From Oceanispirochaeta sp. (GTDB taxonomy: Bacteria; Spirochaetota; Spirochaetia; DSM-2461), in NCBI GenBank assembly GCA_963666275.2, contig CAXXOA010000002.1, forward strand, positions 896,001-960,000: 64,000 nucleotides of DNA, given 5' to 3'. The notes beneath the pieces were generated by a model. The model was given only the letters and a program-made list of their open reading frames with translations, was not told where the DNA came from and did no database searches. Positions 19,616 to 29,912 of this stretch are shown one piece after another. A program made the translations under genes and the position numbers. How positions within the stretch are numbered: the first letter of the stretch is position 1; every line of letters starts with the position of its first letter.

Positions 19616-21106
19616 TTACTTGAGCCCCAGCAGGCGGTCCAGGGCCTGCATATCCAGGGCTTCTTCCACCACATCGGCTATGCGTTCAAACTCTTTTTCC
19701 CGCAGGATCTCCTCGGTTTCTCCCGGTTCGGAGGGTTCCCATCCCAGGGACATCAGAAAAGCATGGCGGAAAGAGGGGGTATCAAAGATTCCGTGCATGT
19801 AGCTCCCCCAGAAACGGCCGTCCTGTGATACGGCCCCGTCTTCGGTTCCGTCTGTCCGTCGGTAGAGGGGGATGGCGTTTCCTGTAATTTCCGATTCTCC
19901 CATATGGATTTCATATCCCTTCAGGTTTGCTCCGGACAGGTTGCTGAAGAATCCTCCGTCCCCCGTCAGAACCCCTTCGGTCTGAACCGTTTTCTTTTCC
20001 CGGGAAAAGTCTGTCTCAATATCCAGAAGTTCCAGGCCCCTCTCTTCTCCGGCAGGGCCTTCCATTCCCTCGGAATCCCGTATGATCCGGCCCATCATCT
20101 GATAGCCGCCGCAGATTCCCCCCACAGGCGTGCCTTTTGCCGCCAGTTTCCGGATGGCGTCGAACAGGCCGTTCTCTTTCATCCACTTCAGATCGCTCAT
20201 GGTTGTCTTGGAGCCGGGAAGGATAACCGCAGCGGGATTTCCCAGCTCCTGCAGATTCCGTATAAAACGGACCTGAACACCCTTTTCATTCCGGAAGGGG
20301 TCAAGATCATCGTAGTTGGAGAGTTTGGGAAACTGGATTACGGCGATTTCAAGGCCTGATTCCTCCCCCCATCTCCGGTTGGTTTCAATAAAAACCGAGT
20401 CTTCCCTGGCCAGATAGATATCCGGAATCCAGGGGATCACTCCCAGAGTGGGCACGCCGCCGCAGCGTTCGGTCAGCATATCGATTCCAGGCATCAGGAG
20501 GGCTTTGTCTCCCCGGAATTTATTGATCAGAAATCCTTTGATCCGGTCTCTGTCTTCATCCACCAGTTCCAGTGTTCCCAGAAGGGAGGCAAAAACCCCG
20601 CCTCTGTCTATGTCCCCAGCCAGTAGAACCGGGGCATCCAGGTAGCGGGCCACAGACATGTTGACGATTTCATGGGCTTTCAGGTTGATTTCCGCGGGGC
20701 TTCCCGCTCCTTCGGCAATGATAATGTCATTTTCCGCCTGCAGACGGTCCATGGCAGCGGTCACTTCGTTCCAGAGAGACTTTTTGGCCTGGTAATATTC
20801 AGAGGCCGGAAGGGTCTTCCAGGGGCGTCCCATCAGGATTACCTGGGAACGGGAGTTCCCTTCGGGCTTGAGAAGAACAGGGTTCATATCTATATGGGGA
20901 GGCCGTTGTGCCGCCTGGGCCTGGACCGCCTGAGCCCGGCCGATCTCCGCCCCTTCGGGTGTGACAAAGGAGTTGAGAGCCATGTTCTGAGATTTAAAAG
21001 GGGCCACTTTATAGCCCCTGCGGCTGTATATACGGCAGAGTGCTGCCACCAGGGTGCTCTTTCCTGCATCAGAGCAGGTCCCCTGTATCATAAGGGTATG
21101 CGCCAT
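19616..21106 (-). CDS. cobQ: Cobyric acid synthase
   Basis: GTCSDAGKS, PFKSQNMALNS, EGAGSPAEINL, DIDRGG, GICGGYQM, YMHG. Confidence 0.96.
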   Translation of the reverse strand: MAHTLMIQGTCSDAGKSTLVAALCRIYSRRGYKVAPFKSQNMALNSFVTPEGAEIGRAQAVQAQAAQRPPHIDMNPVLLKPEGNSRSQVILMGRPWKTLPASEYYQAKKSLWNEVTAAMDRLQAENDIIIAEGAGSPAEINLKAHEIVNMSVARYLDAPVLLAGDIDRGGVFASLLGTLELVDEDRDRIKGFLINKFRGDKALLMPGIDMLTERCGGVPTLGVIPWIPDIYLAREDSVFIETNRRWGEESGLEIAVIQFPKLSNYDDLDPFRNEKGVQVRFIRNLQELGNPAAVILPGSKTTMSDLKWMKENGLFDAIRKLAAKGTPVGGICGGYQMMGRIIRDSEGMEGPAGEERGLELLDIETDFSREKKTVQTEGVLTGDGGFFSNLSGANLKGYEIHMGESEITGNAIPLYRRTDGTEDGAVSQDGRFWGSYMHGIFDTPSFRHAFLMSLGWEPSEPGETEEILREKEFERIADVVEEALDMQALDRLLGLK

Positions 21107-21279
21107 TCTCTCCTCCCGCTTTATGTGGGTTAACCGGTAGATTTAACGGGACAGTTTCTGTTGAATTTCCCCGTCGGTTTTTATGCTTTTCTATTCAACA
21201 ACAGAATCGCAGTTTGTGTCCACACAGGTTATTCGGGAATAATAGACCTTTGTGTAACAAATCGTTATGATAGGATACT

Positions 21280-22563
21280 ATGAAATATTACAGCTCTCCC
21301 GAATCCTATCTATCAGATCTGGAAGAGAGAAGCCGTCCTCCCGAAGGGTTCAGGATCGGAGTTTCCTCTCTCGGATTTACTCCCGTTGAGAAACCCGACG
21401 GGAGTGAAGCTGCCATGAATCTCACAGCCATCCTGCTTGATGAGCCTACTGAGTCTTTTGCAGCGGTATTTACACGGAATGCCTTTCCCGGTTATCCCGT
21501 CCGTATCGGCAGACGCCTCCTGGAGGAGTCCGCGGTTCAGGGTGTGCTGGTGAACAATAAAATAGCCAATGTCTGTGCTCCCGGAGGCGAAGAGGCTGCT
21601 CTGGCCGTAACCTCGGCCCTGCAGGAGCATATGGGGGAGGATTTGAAGGCTCCTGTTTTTCCCTCCTCTACCGGTGTTATCGGATGGTCTCTTCCTGTGG
21701 AGGCTATGAAAAAAAGGATCCCCGGATTGACAGCGACCCTGCAGTCTGAGTCTCTTCTGCCTGCAGCAAAAGGAATCATGACCACTGATTCTTTCCCCAA
21801 AATCCGCTCGGAACAGGTAGGGGAAGGTTCCCTCTGCGGTATCGCCAAAGGGGCCGGTATGATCGAACCCAATATGGCGACAATGCTTGTTTTTCTTATG
21901 ACCGATATAACCATCAGCCGGGAGGCTCTGCGCCGCTGTCTCTCCCGGGTGGCTGAAAGGACATTCAACAGAATCTCCATTGACAGCGATCAGAGCACAA
22001 GCGATTCGGTCCTCCTTTTTTCATCCTGCAGAAAGCCGGCTGTTGAAGAATCAGTTTTTGAAGAGGCTCTCTATTCGCTTTGCCGGAAGCTGGCAGAGGA
22101 TATTGTTCGTAACGGAGAGGGGACCGGACATGTTATAAAAGTAAAGGTCCGGGATGCGGCAACAGAAGAGCAGGCTGCGGCATTTGGTAAAGCTCTTGTG
22201 AACTCTCCTCTGAGCAAGACTGCCATATATGGAAATGATCCCAATGTGGGCCGTTTTGTTCAGGCCGTGGGAGACTATGCCGGGAATAACGGTATTGCCC
22301 TTGAGGAAAAGAAACTGATCATACAGCTGGGAGAGGAAACTGTTTTCTCGGGCGGAGAGTTTCAGCTTGACGGCAGTAAGGAGAAGAGGCTGAGCGATTA
22401 TCTTCTCTCCCGAAAAATGACAACCCCCAATCCGGGATATCCCGAGCATGAGATGTCTGTTGAAATTGCCATAAGTCTGGGACTGGGAGATGCGGAGTCT
22501 CTGGTTCTGGGCTCAGACCTCTCTTATGAGTATGTCAGGGAAAATGCGGATTACAGAACATAA
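21280..22563 (+). CDS. argJ: Ornithine acetyltransferase ArgJ
   Basis: SSTGVIG, IMTTD, AKGAGMIEPNMATML, NGEG, GNDPNVGR, DLSYEYVRENADYRT. Confidence 0.94.
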   Translation: MKYYSSPESYLSDLEERSRPPEGFRIGVSSLGFTPVEKPDGSEAAMNLTAILLDEPTESFAAVFTRNAFPGYPVRIGRRLLEESAVQGVLVNNKIANVCAPGGEEAALAVTSALQEHMGEDLKAPVFPSSTGVIGWSLPVEAMKKRIPGLTATLQSESLLPAAKGIMTTDSFPKIRSEQVGEGSLCGIAKGAGMIEPNMATMLVFLMTDITISREALRRCLSRVAERTFNRISIDSDQSTSDSVLLFSSCRKPAVEESVFEEALYSLCRKLAEDIVRNGEGTGHVIKVKVRDAATEEQAAAFGKALVNSPLSKTAIYGNDPNVGRFVQAVGDYAGNNGIALEEKKLIIQLGEETVFSGGEFQLDGSKEKRLSDYLLSRKMTTPNPGYPEHEMSVEIAISLGLGDAESLVLGSDLSYEYVRENADYRT

Positions 22564-22588
22564 AGTCGTGATGGAAAAAGGAAGCACC

Positions 22589-23602
22589 ATGAGTGAAGAA
22601 GTAACAGTCAGCAAAAATCAGGAGGGAGAAAAACTCCTTCAGAGTAAAATAGAAGATGCCTCTCGGCTCCTGGGGAATGCCCGGGATGAAATCCGTAAAA
22701 GGATCATCGGTCAGGAAGGCATGGTAGACGGCCTTCTTATGGGAATCATTACAGGGGGCCATGTCCTGGTTGAGGGAGTTCCCGGCCTGGCAAAAACTCT
22801 TATGGTAAAAACCGTAGCCGAAGCGCTGAATGCGGATTTCAAAAGGATCCAGTTTACACCGGACCTCCTCCCGGCCGACCTGATCGGTACGATGATCTAC
22901 AGGCCCCAGACCGGAGAGTTCGTTCCCCGGAAAGGTCCCGTTTTTACCAATGTGGTTCTGGCCGATGAGGTGAACAGAGCTCCCGCCAAAGTTCAGTCGG
23001 CACTCCTGGAGGCTATGGCGGAGAATCAGGTGACCATCGGTGACAACTCCTATCAGCTCCCCGAGCCCTTTTTTGTCCTGGCCACCCAGAACCCTATTGA
23101 GCAGGAGGGGACCTATCAGCTCCCGGAAGCCCAGCTGGACCGTTTTCTCATGAAGCTCAAAGTGGAGTATCCCTCTCCCCAGGAGGAGCTGGATATCCTG
23201 AATCAGCTGGATGACCCTTCCGAAGTTGTGATCAGGAAGGTCTTCAACCGCTTTGCCATTCAGGATCTGAAAGAGACAGCTTCCAGAATCCGAGTAGATG
23301 AAAGTATCCGGAAATACATCGTTTCCATTGTGAACGCTTCCCGTGTGAAGGGGCGTCATCAGCTGCCTTTTACAAGGTACATTGAGTTCGGAGCCTCCCC
23401 CAGAGCTTCCATTGCTCTATTCAACTGCAGCCGTGTTCAGGCTCTGTTTGAGGGGCGGGATTATGTGATTCCGGAAGATGTCAAATCCGTGGCCTACAAT
23501 GTACTGCGTCATAGAATTGTCCTCTCCTACGAAGCGGAAGCGGAAGAGCTCCAGGCAGATGATGTTATCCGGGATATACTGGCGGCTGTAACGGTTCCCT
23601 GA
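22589..23602 (+). CDS. MoxR AAA+ ATPase
   Basis: GVPGLAKT, RIQFTPDLLP, DEVNRA, ATQNPIEQEGTY; start could be 22571. Confidence 0.95.
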   Translation: MSEEVTVSKNQEGEKLLQSKIEDASRLLGNARDEIRKRIIGQEGMVDGLLMGIITGGHVLVEGVPGLAKTLMVKTVAEALNADFKRIQFTPDLLPADLIGTMIYRPQTGEFVPRKGPVFTNVVLADEVNRAPAKVQSALLEAMAENQVTIGDNSYQLPEPFFVLATQNPIEQEGTYQLPEAQLDRFLMKLKVEYPSPQEELDILNQLDDPSEVVIRKVFNRFAIQDLKETASRIRVDESIRKYIVSIVNASRVKGRHQLPFTRYIEFGASPRASIALFNCSRVQALFEGRDYVIPEDVKSVAYNVLRHRIVLSYEAEAEELQADDVIRDILAAVTVP

Positions 23603-23606
23603 TTAT

Positions 23607-24479
23607 ATGGATAGCCGGAATATTTCCAATAAAGTCAAACATCTCCATTTTATCTCCCGCAAACTTGTGGACACCATCTTTGCGGGAAACTACCACTCTG
23701 TTTTTAAAGGTCCCGGCCTGGAATTTGATGAGGTCCGGGAGTATGCCTGGGGAGATGATCCCCGTTTCATTGACTGGAATGTGACCTCCCGTATGAGCGG
23801 TCCCTATACCAAAACCTTCCGGGAGGAGAGGGAAGTTGTCCTTCAGGTTCTTGTGGACACCTCAAGCTCTCTCTTTTTCAGTTCCGGACAGATGAATAAA
23901 CGGGAACTGGCCGGGTATGTTTTTACTCTTGTGGCCCTTGCTGCGGTTGCCAACAATGATAAGGTCGGCAGTCTGCTCTTTTCCGACAGGATCGAGGAGC
24001 AGGTTCCTCCCCGGAAAGGGAAAAAGCATGTGCTCAAACAGATCACGAGAATTCTCTCCGTCCAGGAGGGACAGAAAGGCTCCAACCTCTCTCTGGCTCT
24101 TACAACCGCATCCCAGACAATGAAGCGCCGGGGGATCTGCCTGATCCTTTCGGATTTCAGAACGACAGGTTATCAGAAGGAGCTCTCTCTGCTGGCCAGA
24201 AAGCACGATGTGATCGCTATCAGGCTGACCGATCCTCTGGATCATGATTTCCCCTCAACAGGCCTTGTTTCTCTGGAGGATCCCGAGTCGGGGCTCCGCT
24301 GGCAGGGGATGGGGACTAAGGGCATGCGGGCGTCCTACAGACAGTTCTGGGAGCATGAGCGTTATCTCTGGCGCAAAGAGTGCCAGTCCGCCGGTGTGGA
24401 TATCCTTGAGATTTCAACCGAAGATGATCCGGCTGCCAGGCTTCTTCATTTTTTTGAACGGAGGAAAAGCCGCGCGTGA
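23607..24479 (+). CDS. DUF58 (VWA-like) protein
   Basis: GLEFDEVREY..GDD..IDWNVT, REERE, DTSSS, SDF. Confidence 0.92.
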   Translation: MDSRNISNKVKHLHFISRKLVDTIFAGNYHSVFKGPGLEFDEVREYAWGDDPRFIDWNVTSRMSGPYTKTFREEREVVLQVLVDTSSSLFFSSGQMNKRELAGYVFTLVALAAVANNDKVGSLLFSDRIEEQVPPRKGKKHVLKQITRILSVQEGQKGSNLSLALTTASQTMKRRGICLILSDFRTTGYQKELSLLARKHDVIAIRLTDPLDHDFPSTGLVSLEDPESGLRWQGMGTKGMRASYRQFWEHERYLWRKECQSAGVDILEISTEDDPAARLLHFFERRKSRA

Positions 24480-25354
24480 AGCTTCCCAGTCTCTTACTTA
24501 TAATGCTGTTTTTTCTTTTTCCGGCAGCTGCCCAGGAATATCAGCAGTTAAATACACGGTTCCTTCCTCCCGATTACTATGTGGGGGATACTGTGGATCT
24601 GCAGTTTACCCTCAGAACCTCCGAAAGCTATGATCTTCAGATCCCCGAATCCCTCCCTGATCCGGGATGGGTGGATCTTCTTTCCCTTAAAATGGAAAAA
24701 ACCGGTACAGATACCCGTATTACCATACGTTTTATCCCCTTCTATCCGGGAACGCGGACACTGCCGCCCCTGGTTCTGGGAGATCTTGTACTGCAGGATA
24801 TTAAAATCTATACCTCTTCGGTTGTCTCTACCGACGCGGACAGGGAACTGGCAGGGCTGCGGCCCAATCTGATTATTCCGGGAACCCGGATCACAGGGGC
24901 TGTCATTTTTTCAGCTCTCTTGAGTTTTCCCATACTCTTTATTCTGCTTTTCCGGATCGTCAGAACCCGGACAGGGGCTCTTGTCAGGTCCTACCGCTTG
25001 AACCTTCCCTACAGAAAGTTCCTGAGGCTTATGAAGAAGGTCCGCCAGTCCCTGAATGATATGTCCGATAAGGAGTTTTTCAATATCTATGCCGGAGGGA
25101 TGAAGGATTACCTTTCCACCCGGTTTCAGCAGGATTTCACAACCCTGACAACCAAGGAAATGGAAGTGGTTTTCCGCAGATCCTCTCTGACAGAATCGGT
25201 CTATCTGACCATGCTGAACCTTTTTCACAGAATGGATCGGGTGAAGTTCGCAGGAGAAGAGATGGGATTCAAAGAAAGGGAAGGGATGATCGCCGAAGCG
25301 GAAGAGATTTCAGGAGAACTGGAAGAATGGAGGAAGCACAGTGCTGACTTTTGA
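24476..25354 (+). CDS. Bat-operon membrane-anchored hypothetical protein
   Basis: Signal peptide, one TM, LTTKE and DRVKFA motifs; overlaps both neighbours. Confidence 0.78.
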   Translation: MKLPSLLLIMLFFLFPAAAQEYQQLNTRFLPPDYYVGDTVDLQFTLRTSESYDLQIPESLPDPGWVDLLSLKMEKTGTDTRITIRFIPFYPGTRTLPPLVLGDLVLQDIKIYTSSVVSTDADRELAGLRPNLIIPGTRITGAVIFSALLSFPILFILLFRIVRTRTGALVRSYRLNLPYRKFLRLMKKVRQSLNDMSDKEFFNIYAGGMKDYLSTRFQQDFTTLTTKEMEVVFRRSSLTESVYLTMLNLFHRMDRVKFAGEEMGFKEREGMIAEAEEISGELEEWRKHSADF

Positions 25355-26342
25355 AACTCCGGGTTTTTTCTTCCTTTTCATGCTGGTTCCTGTTTTTATC
25401 TATCTCCGCCATTTTGTCCTTAACGGAGGACGGTCTCTGAGGGTTTCCATCGGCCTTTGGAAGAAAGGGCTTTTCAGGGCGCCTCAGAAGGGAGTCCGGT
25501 TCTTTCTGTTTCTGGGGACTCTCCTTTTCTGGGGAGGGATCTGCTTCCTTCTGGCCGCTCTGGCCGGACCCACGGTGAGCGTCCACGAACAGGTCTATCT
25601 GAACAGAGGGGCTGATATCATTATTGTGCTGGATCAGTCTCCCAGTATGGCCGCCCGGGACTTTCCTCCCGATAACAGGCTGGACGCGGCAAAAAGCATG
25701 ATAACCAAATTTGTGTTCAACCGGAAAAACGACGGCGTCGGACTGGTGGGTTTCGGGGACGAGGCCGTTTTGAGGGTCCCTCCCACTACGGATTATGAAA
25801 CCTTTCTGAACCGTTTGAATGGCATGAAAATTATGGAGCTCGGTGAGGGGACAGCCATCGGTATGGGAATCTCCGTTGCGGCTCTCCATCTTTCCGAAAG
25901 CTCTTCGGATCAGAAAGTCATAGTTCTTCTGACCGACGGAGATAACAATTCCGGAGAAATTCAGCCCATGGCCGCCGCGGCCATGGCGGCACAGCTCAAT
26001 GTCCGGCTCTATGTGATCGGGATCGGTTCGGAAGGAGAGATCCCCTTTGAGTTTGTTCACCCCGAAACGGGGAAAATGGTAAGCGGAATACAGCGGAGCT
26101 CCTTTAACGAAGACTTCCTTGTACAGCTGGCACAGACTGGCGGGGGAAGCTTCTACAGGGCTTTCACTCCCGGTTCTCTGGAGGCGGTATTCCGTTCTAT
26201 AGACTCATTGGAAACCATAGAGGAGAGGGTCCGTATTCACGTGAGAAATATACCCGTCTACCGCTGGTTTATTTTCATAGGACTCCTCTGTATAATGGCT
26301 GACCTTATTCTGAGAAAAGTTCTGTTCCGGGAGGTTTTGTGA
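25341..26342 (+). CDS. batA: VWA protein, BatA-like
   Basis: N-terminal TMs, MIDAS DQSPS, GTAIG, LLTDG, C-terminal TM. Confidence 0.88.
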   Translation: MLTFETPGFFFLFMLVPVFIYLRHFVLNGGRSLRVSIGLWKKGLFRAPQKGVRFFLFLGTLLFWGGICFLLAALAGPTVSVHEQVYLNRGADIIIVLDQSPSMAARDFPPDNRLDAAKSMITKFVFNRKNDGVGLVGFGDEAVLRVPPTTDYETFLNRLNGMKIMELGEGTAIGMGISVAALHLSESSSDQKVIVLLTDGDNNSGEIQPMAAAAMAAQLNVRLYVIGIGSEGEIPFEFVHPETGKMVSGIQRSSFNEDFLVQLAQTGGGSFYRAFTPGSLEAVFRSIDSLETIEERVRIHVRNIPVYRWFIFIGLLCIMADLILRKVLFREVL

Positions 26343-27328
26343 AAGTTCTCTATCCCGAAGTCTTCTGGCTCCTTATTCCGGTGGCTCTTCTCTCTATCCC
26401 GGCTTTTTTCAATTATCTCAGGGGAAAGCGCTCTCTCCTCCGCCTGGGAGGACTCTGGCGGAAAGACGAGAGCCAGCAGGTGTATTTTATAAAAACTCTG
26501 GCCTACTGGATTTCTATGGTTCTCTTTTTCCTTTTTGCCATCCTTGCTCTGGCGGGAATCAGCTGGGGTAAGGACAGCGAAAAGGATGACAGTCTGGGAG
26601 TTGATCTTGTCATGGCAGCTGATATCTCAAGGAGTATGCTGGCTGACGATCTCACCCCCAACCGGCTGAGCAGAGCCTCTGAAGGGATGAGTTTTATTCT
26701 CAATTCCTTTGAATCCCTCAGGACTGCTCTTGTTGTCTTCAAGGGGAAAGGAGAGATACTGGTTCCCCTGACTGAAGATTCCATTCAGATGGAAACAGCT
26801 CTTCAGAACCTTTCCCCCGGAATGTACACTGTTCCGGGATCGGACATAGAAATGGGCCTGGTTTCGGCTCTGGAGGCTTTTCCTCCCGGATCTCCCGGGA
26901 AAAAAGCCGTACTCCTTGTGAGCGACGGCGAGTCCCTGGAAGGCGAACCCAGTAAAGCGGCGAGGGAGGCCTATCTTCAGGGCATTCCCATCTTTGTCCT
27001 GGGAGTCGGAACGGAAGAGGGAATTGTTTTGAGGGACGGAGACAATGAAGTGGTCAGTGATACGAACGGTCAGGCCGTGATCACCCGTTTGAACCGGCAG
27101 GTTCTGGAGGATGTGGCTGATCTTTCGGGAGGGGGATATTACAGCCTGGCAGATCCCCGTTCTCTGGGAGAGCTGACAGCAGATCTTGAAGAATTGATCG
27201 GTTTACAGGAAGCCGAAGGAATCCTATACCGGGATCATCAGCAGTTCCGGATCTTTATACTCCTGGCTCTGTTGTCTCTAGTCCTGAATCTTGTTGCGGG
27301 AGGTATAAGATGGTCAAGATGGTTCTGA
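26339..27328 (+). CDS. batB: VWA protein, BatB-like
   Basis: DISRSM, PNRL, VPLT, SDGE, GVGT. Confidence 0.86.
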   Translation: MKVLYPEVFWLLIPVALLSIPAFFNYLRGKRSLLRLGGLWRKDESQQVYFIKTLAYWISMVLFFLFAILALAGISWGKDSEKDDSLGVDLVMAADISRSMLADDLTPNRLSRASEGMSFILNSFESLRTALVVFKGKGEILVPLTEDSIQMETALQNLSPGMYTVPGSDIEMGLVSALEAFPPGSPGKKAVLLVSDGESLEGEPSKAAREAYLQGIPIFVLGVGTEEGIVLRDGDNEVVSDTNGQAVITRLNRQVLEDVADLSGGGYYSLADPRSLGELTADLEELIGLQEAEGILYRDHQQFRIFILLALLSLVLNLVAGGIRWSRWF

Positions 27329-27900
27329 GGAAACTCTCTGCCGCAGGTCTGCTTGTCTTCACTTTCTGGGGTTCCTCCTGCACACTGCTGGAACCGGGAG
27401 CATCTGTTCTGAAAGGGAACTATCTTTATCAGCAGGGAAGGTATCAGGATGCTCTTCTCTCCTATCTGGAAGGACGGGATACAGAAAAATTCAGCGGTAG
27501 AATCCAGTATAATATCGGCAATGTCTACTATGCTCTGGGTGAGGGGGAAGCGGCCCTGGGTATCTGGGACAGTATAGATGAAAACAGGGACAGCGAGGTG
27601 GCCTTCAATACCATTTTCAATAAAGGGGTCCTGCACTATCAGATGGGCCGTTATCCTGAAGCCTACAGATCCTTCCGGACAGCCCTTGAGATGGTTCCCG
27701 GTAATCTGGACGCCAAACGGAATCTGGAGCTGACCATAGACCGTCTGGAAGTGGAAAACCCCACCGAAGAGAACCGGCCCGATAAGCCGACCGCCGAAGC
27801 GGGAGATGATGCCCGGCGGATCCTGCAGTACATCAAAAGAAAGGAGGGAAGCCTGTGGAAATCAGAAACATCGGAACCGGCAGATACAAACGACTGGTAG
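27310..27900 (+). CDS. TPR protein, BatC-like
   Basis: GNYLY, YNIGNVYY, FNKG, AKRNLEL. Confidence 0.82.
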   Translation: MVKMVLRKLSAAGLLVFTFWGSSCTLLEPGASVLKGNYLYQQGRYQDALLSYLEGRDTEKFSGRIQYNIGNVYYALGEGEAALGIWDSIDENRDSEVAFNTIFNKGVLHYQMGRYPEAYRSFRTALEMVPGNLDAKRNLELTIDRLEVENPTEENRPDKPTAEAGDDARRILQYIKRKEGSLWKSETSEPADTNDW

Positions 27901-29912
27901 TCTTTCTTCTGATCCTGACAGGGGCCGTCTTCAGTCTGATTTCGCAGGAACAGGTCTCCCGTCTTCTGGAAGCCGAATGGAAAGAGGGCATTTTCGAGAA
28001 TCAGAGGTTTACTCTGAAAGTGATCACTCCCTATCCGGGGAAGATGCCCGTTTCCATCATGGATCCCCAGTGGCCCGTGGGAATTCAGAAAGTCAGCGGT
28101 CCCTATACGGCCCAGAGGACGATTGAGCGGGAGGATGGTACCTTCGGTACGGTTCTGCAGGTTATCTATACTCTGCGTTCCCAGAACTCCGGTATCTTCA
28201 GGATTCCTCCCATTACGGTTCTGCCACGGGGAGGCAGCAGCGAGTATTCCGGGGACCTCCGTCCCCTTTCCACAGATGAACTCTTTATTCCGGTCCTTCA
28301 GAACGATGAGAAACATCTGAACTACCCTCTGCAGCTCACATGGGAAAGTCTGCCTGAAGAGATTTACGCAGGTCAGTCTGTACCTCTAGTTCTGATTATG
28401 AATAACCTGGAAGAGATCGATCTTCCCGAATCGGTACAGCTCTCCTCGCCGGGAGGGGCTATTCTGGAAGATGCGGAAGGCCTGGGGGATATCGGGTTTT
28501 CCGGACTGAAGGATACCACTCTGTTCAATGTCCCCATGAATTCCTGGATACTCACGCCCTCCAGAGAGGGGGCCGTGACCCTGCCGTCTGCTGTGGTTTC
28601 CATCTCCGGTGTGACAAGAAGGACAGAACGGCAGACCATAGCGGTTCAGGCTCTTCCCGAAAGAGTCCGTTCCTCAGGAGCGGTGGGACGTTTCTCGGTG
28701 AACTACACCCTGTCTGATTCCACTGTGACTCCCGGGAGCAGTCTGTCTCTGTCTATCCGGATAGAAGGAGAGGGGAATCTGAACTTCCTGAATATGCCCG
28801 AACCTGTCATTCCTGAAGGCCTCTCCTATTCGGTGAAGGAAACGCCCGGATTCTTTCCCTCCAGAGAGGGATACCAGGGAGTCCGGGAGGCGGTCTATAC
28901 CTTCCGTCCCGAGTCTCTGGAACACTATGAAATTGTGATCCCCTCCTATTCGGTTCTGGACCCCCGGTCCGGAAGAGTGGATACCATAGAGGAAGCCCGT
29001 CTGGTTTTTGATGTTTCCGGTGATATCATTGCCGGGGAGGAGTCGGGAAGAGACCGATTTTCTCTAATGGCTCTTTCTGACAGCCGGGCGGCCAGGGGAT
29101 GGACCCTTTACAGAGAGCCTCTGCTCTACCTTGCCCTCCTTCCCGGTGTGTTCTTTTTTATTCTGATGGCCGTTTTTAAAAGGTTTAAACCGGCACTGGT
29201 ACCGGCGATCTTCCTGTCTATCCTTTTTCTGTCGGCTTCGGCGGTCCAGAAAGAACCGGAGACCTGGGTGAGGGATGCGCAGGTTCTGTTTGATCAGTCC
29301 TCCTATGCGGACGCACTGGCTCTGTATGATTCCCACAGATCCGACTGGGAGGGGAATGGGACTTTCCTCTACAATGCGGGGATTCTGGAATTCCTTTCCG
29401 GCCGGAGAGCTCCGGGAATGGCAGATATGCGCAGAGCTCAGAATCTGCTTCCCATGAACAGCCGGATTCACAGGACTCTGGAGGTCATGGAAGAACTGAT
29501 GGGTCTGAAAAACCAGCATAACCAGTTTATACTGATCCATCCGGATTTTCTGTTTCTTCTTCTGATTCTTGTTTTCAACAGTGCCATGCTGGCTCTGGGA
29601 TACAGCGTCATCCAAAATAAACCTCTGCCTGTAATCCTCTTTCTTGTCTTTACACTTCTGACAATCGCAGCGGGAGGGGAGCTCGTGAGAACCGCCTGGC
29701 TGCTGGACCGGCCCCTGGCCGTGATCAATCAGGATTGTGTTGTAAAGAAAGTCCCCGAGGAGATCGGAAGCGACTGGCTCAATCTGGAGGAAGGAACCAC
29801 CGTCTCTTTTGTAAAACAGGAGGGCGATTACAGCCTTGTTATGACAGCTTTCGGTCTGGAAGGGTGGACCAGATACGACAATCTCATCTTTCTGAAGGGA
29901 GAGGAACCTTGA
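27855..29912 (+). CDS. BatD-like protein with C-terminal TPR, TM and SH3-like (BatE-like) region
   Basis: Ig-like repeats, GAVGRF, GEGNL; YNAG TPR; terminal EEGTTV..EGW. Confidence 0.78.
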   Translation: MEIRNIGTGRYKRLVVFLLILTGAVFSLISQEQVSRLLEAEWKEGIFENQRFTLKVITPYPGKMPVSIMDPQWPVGIQKVSGPYTAQRTIEREDGTFGTVLQVIYTLRSQNSGIFRIPPITVLPRGGSSEYSGDLRPLSTDELFIPVLQNDEKHLNYPLQLTWESLPEEIYAGQSVPLVLIMNNLEEIDLPESVQLSSPGGAILEDAEGLGDIGFSGLKDTTLFNVPMNSWILTPSREGAVTLPSAVVSISGVTRRTERQTIAVQALPERVRSSGAVGRFSVNYTLSDSTVTPGSSLSLSIRIEGEGNLNFLNMPEPVIPEGLSYSVKETPGFFPSREGYQGVREAVYTFRPESLEHYEIVIPSYSVLDPRSGRVDTIEEARLVFDVSGDIIAGEESGRDRFSLMALSDSRAARGWTLYREPLLYLALLPGVFFFILMAVFKRFKPALVPAIFLSILFLSASAVQKEPETWVRDAQVLFDQSSYADALALYDSHRSDWEGNGTFLYNAGILEFLSGRRAPGMADMRRAQNLLPMNSRIHRTLEVMEELMGLKNQHNQFILIHPDFLFLLLILVFNSAMLALGYSVIQNKPLPVILFLVFTLLTIAAGGELVRTAWLLDRPLAVINQDCVVKKVPEEIGSDWLNLEEGTTVSFVKQEGDYSLVMTAFGLEGWTRYDNLIFLKGEEP

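Noticed and set aside
21107..21279. Cobalamin riboswitch upstream of cobQ
   Set aside because: Conserved B12-box segments not found by eye
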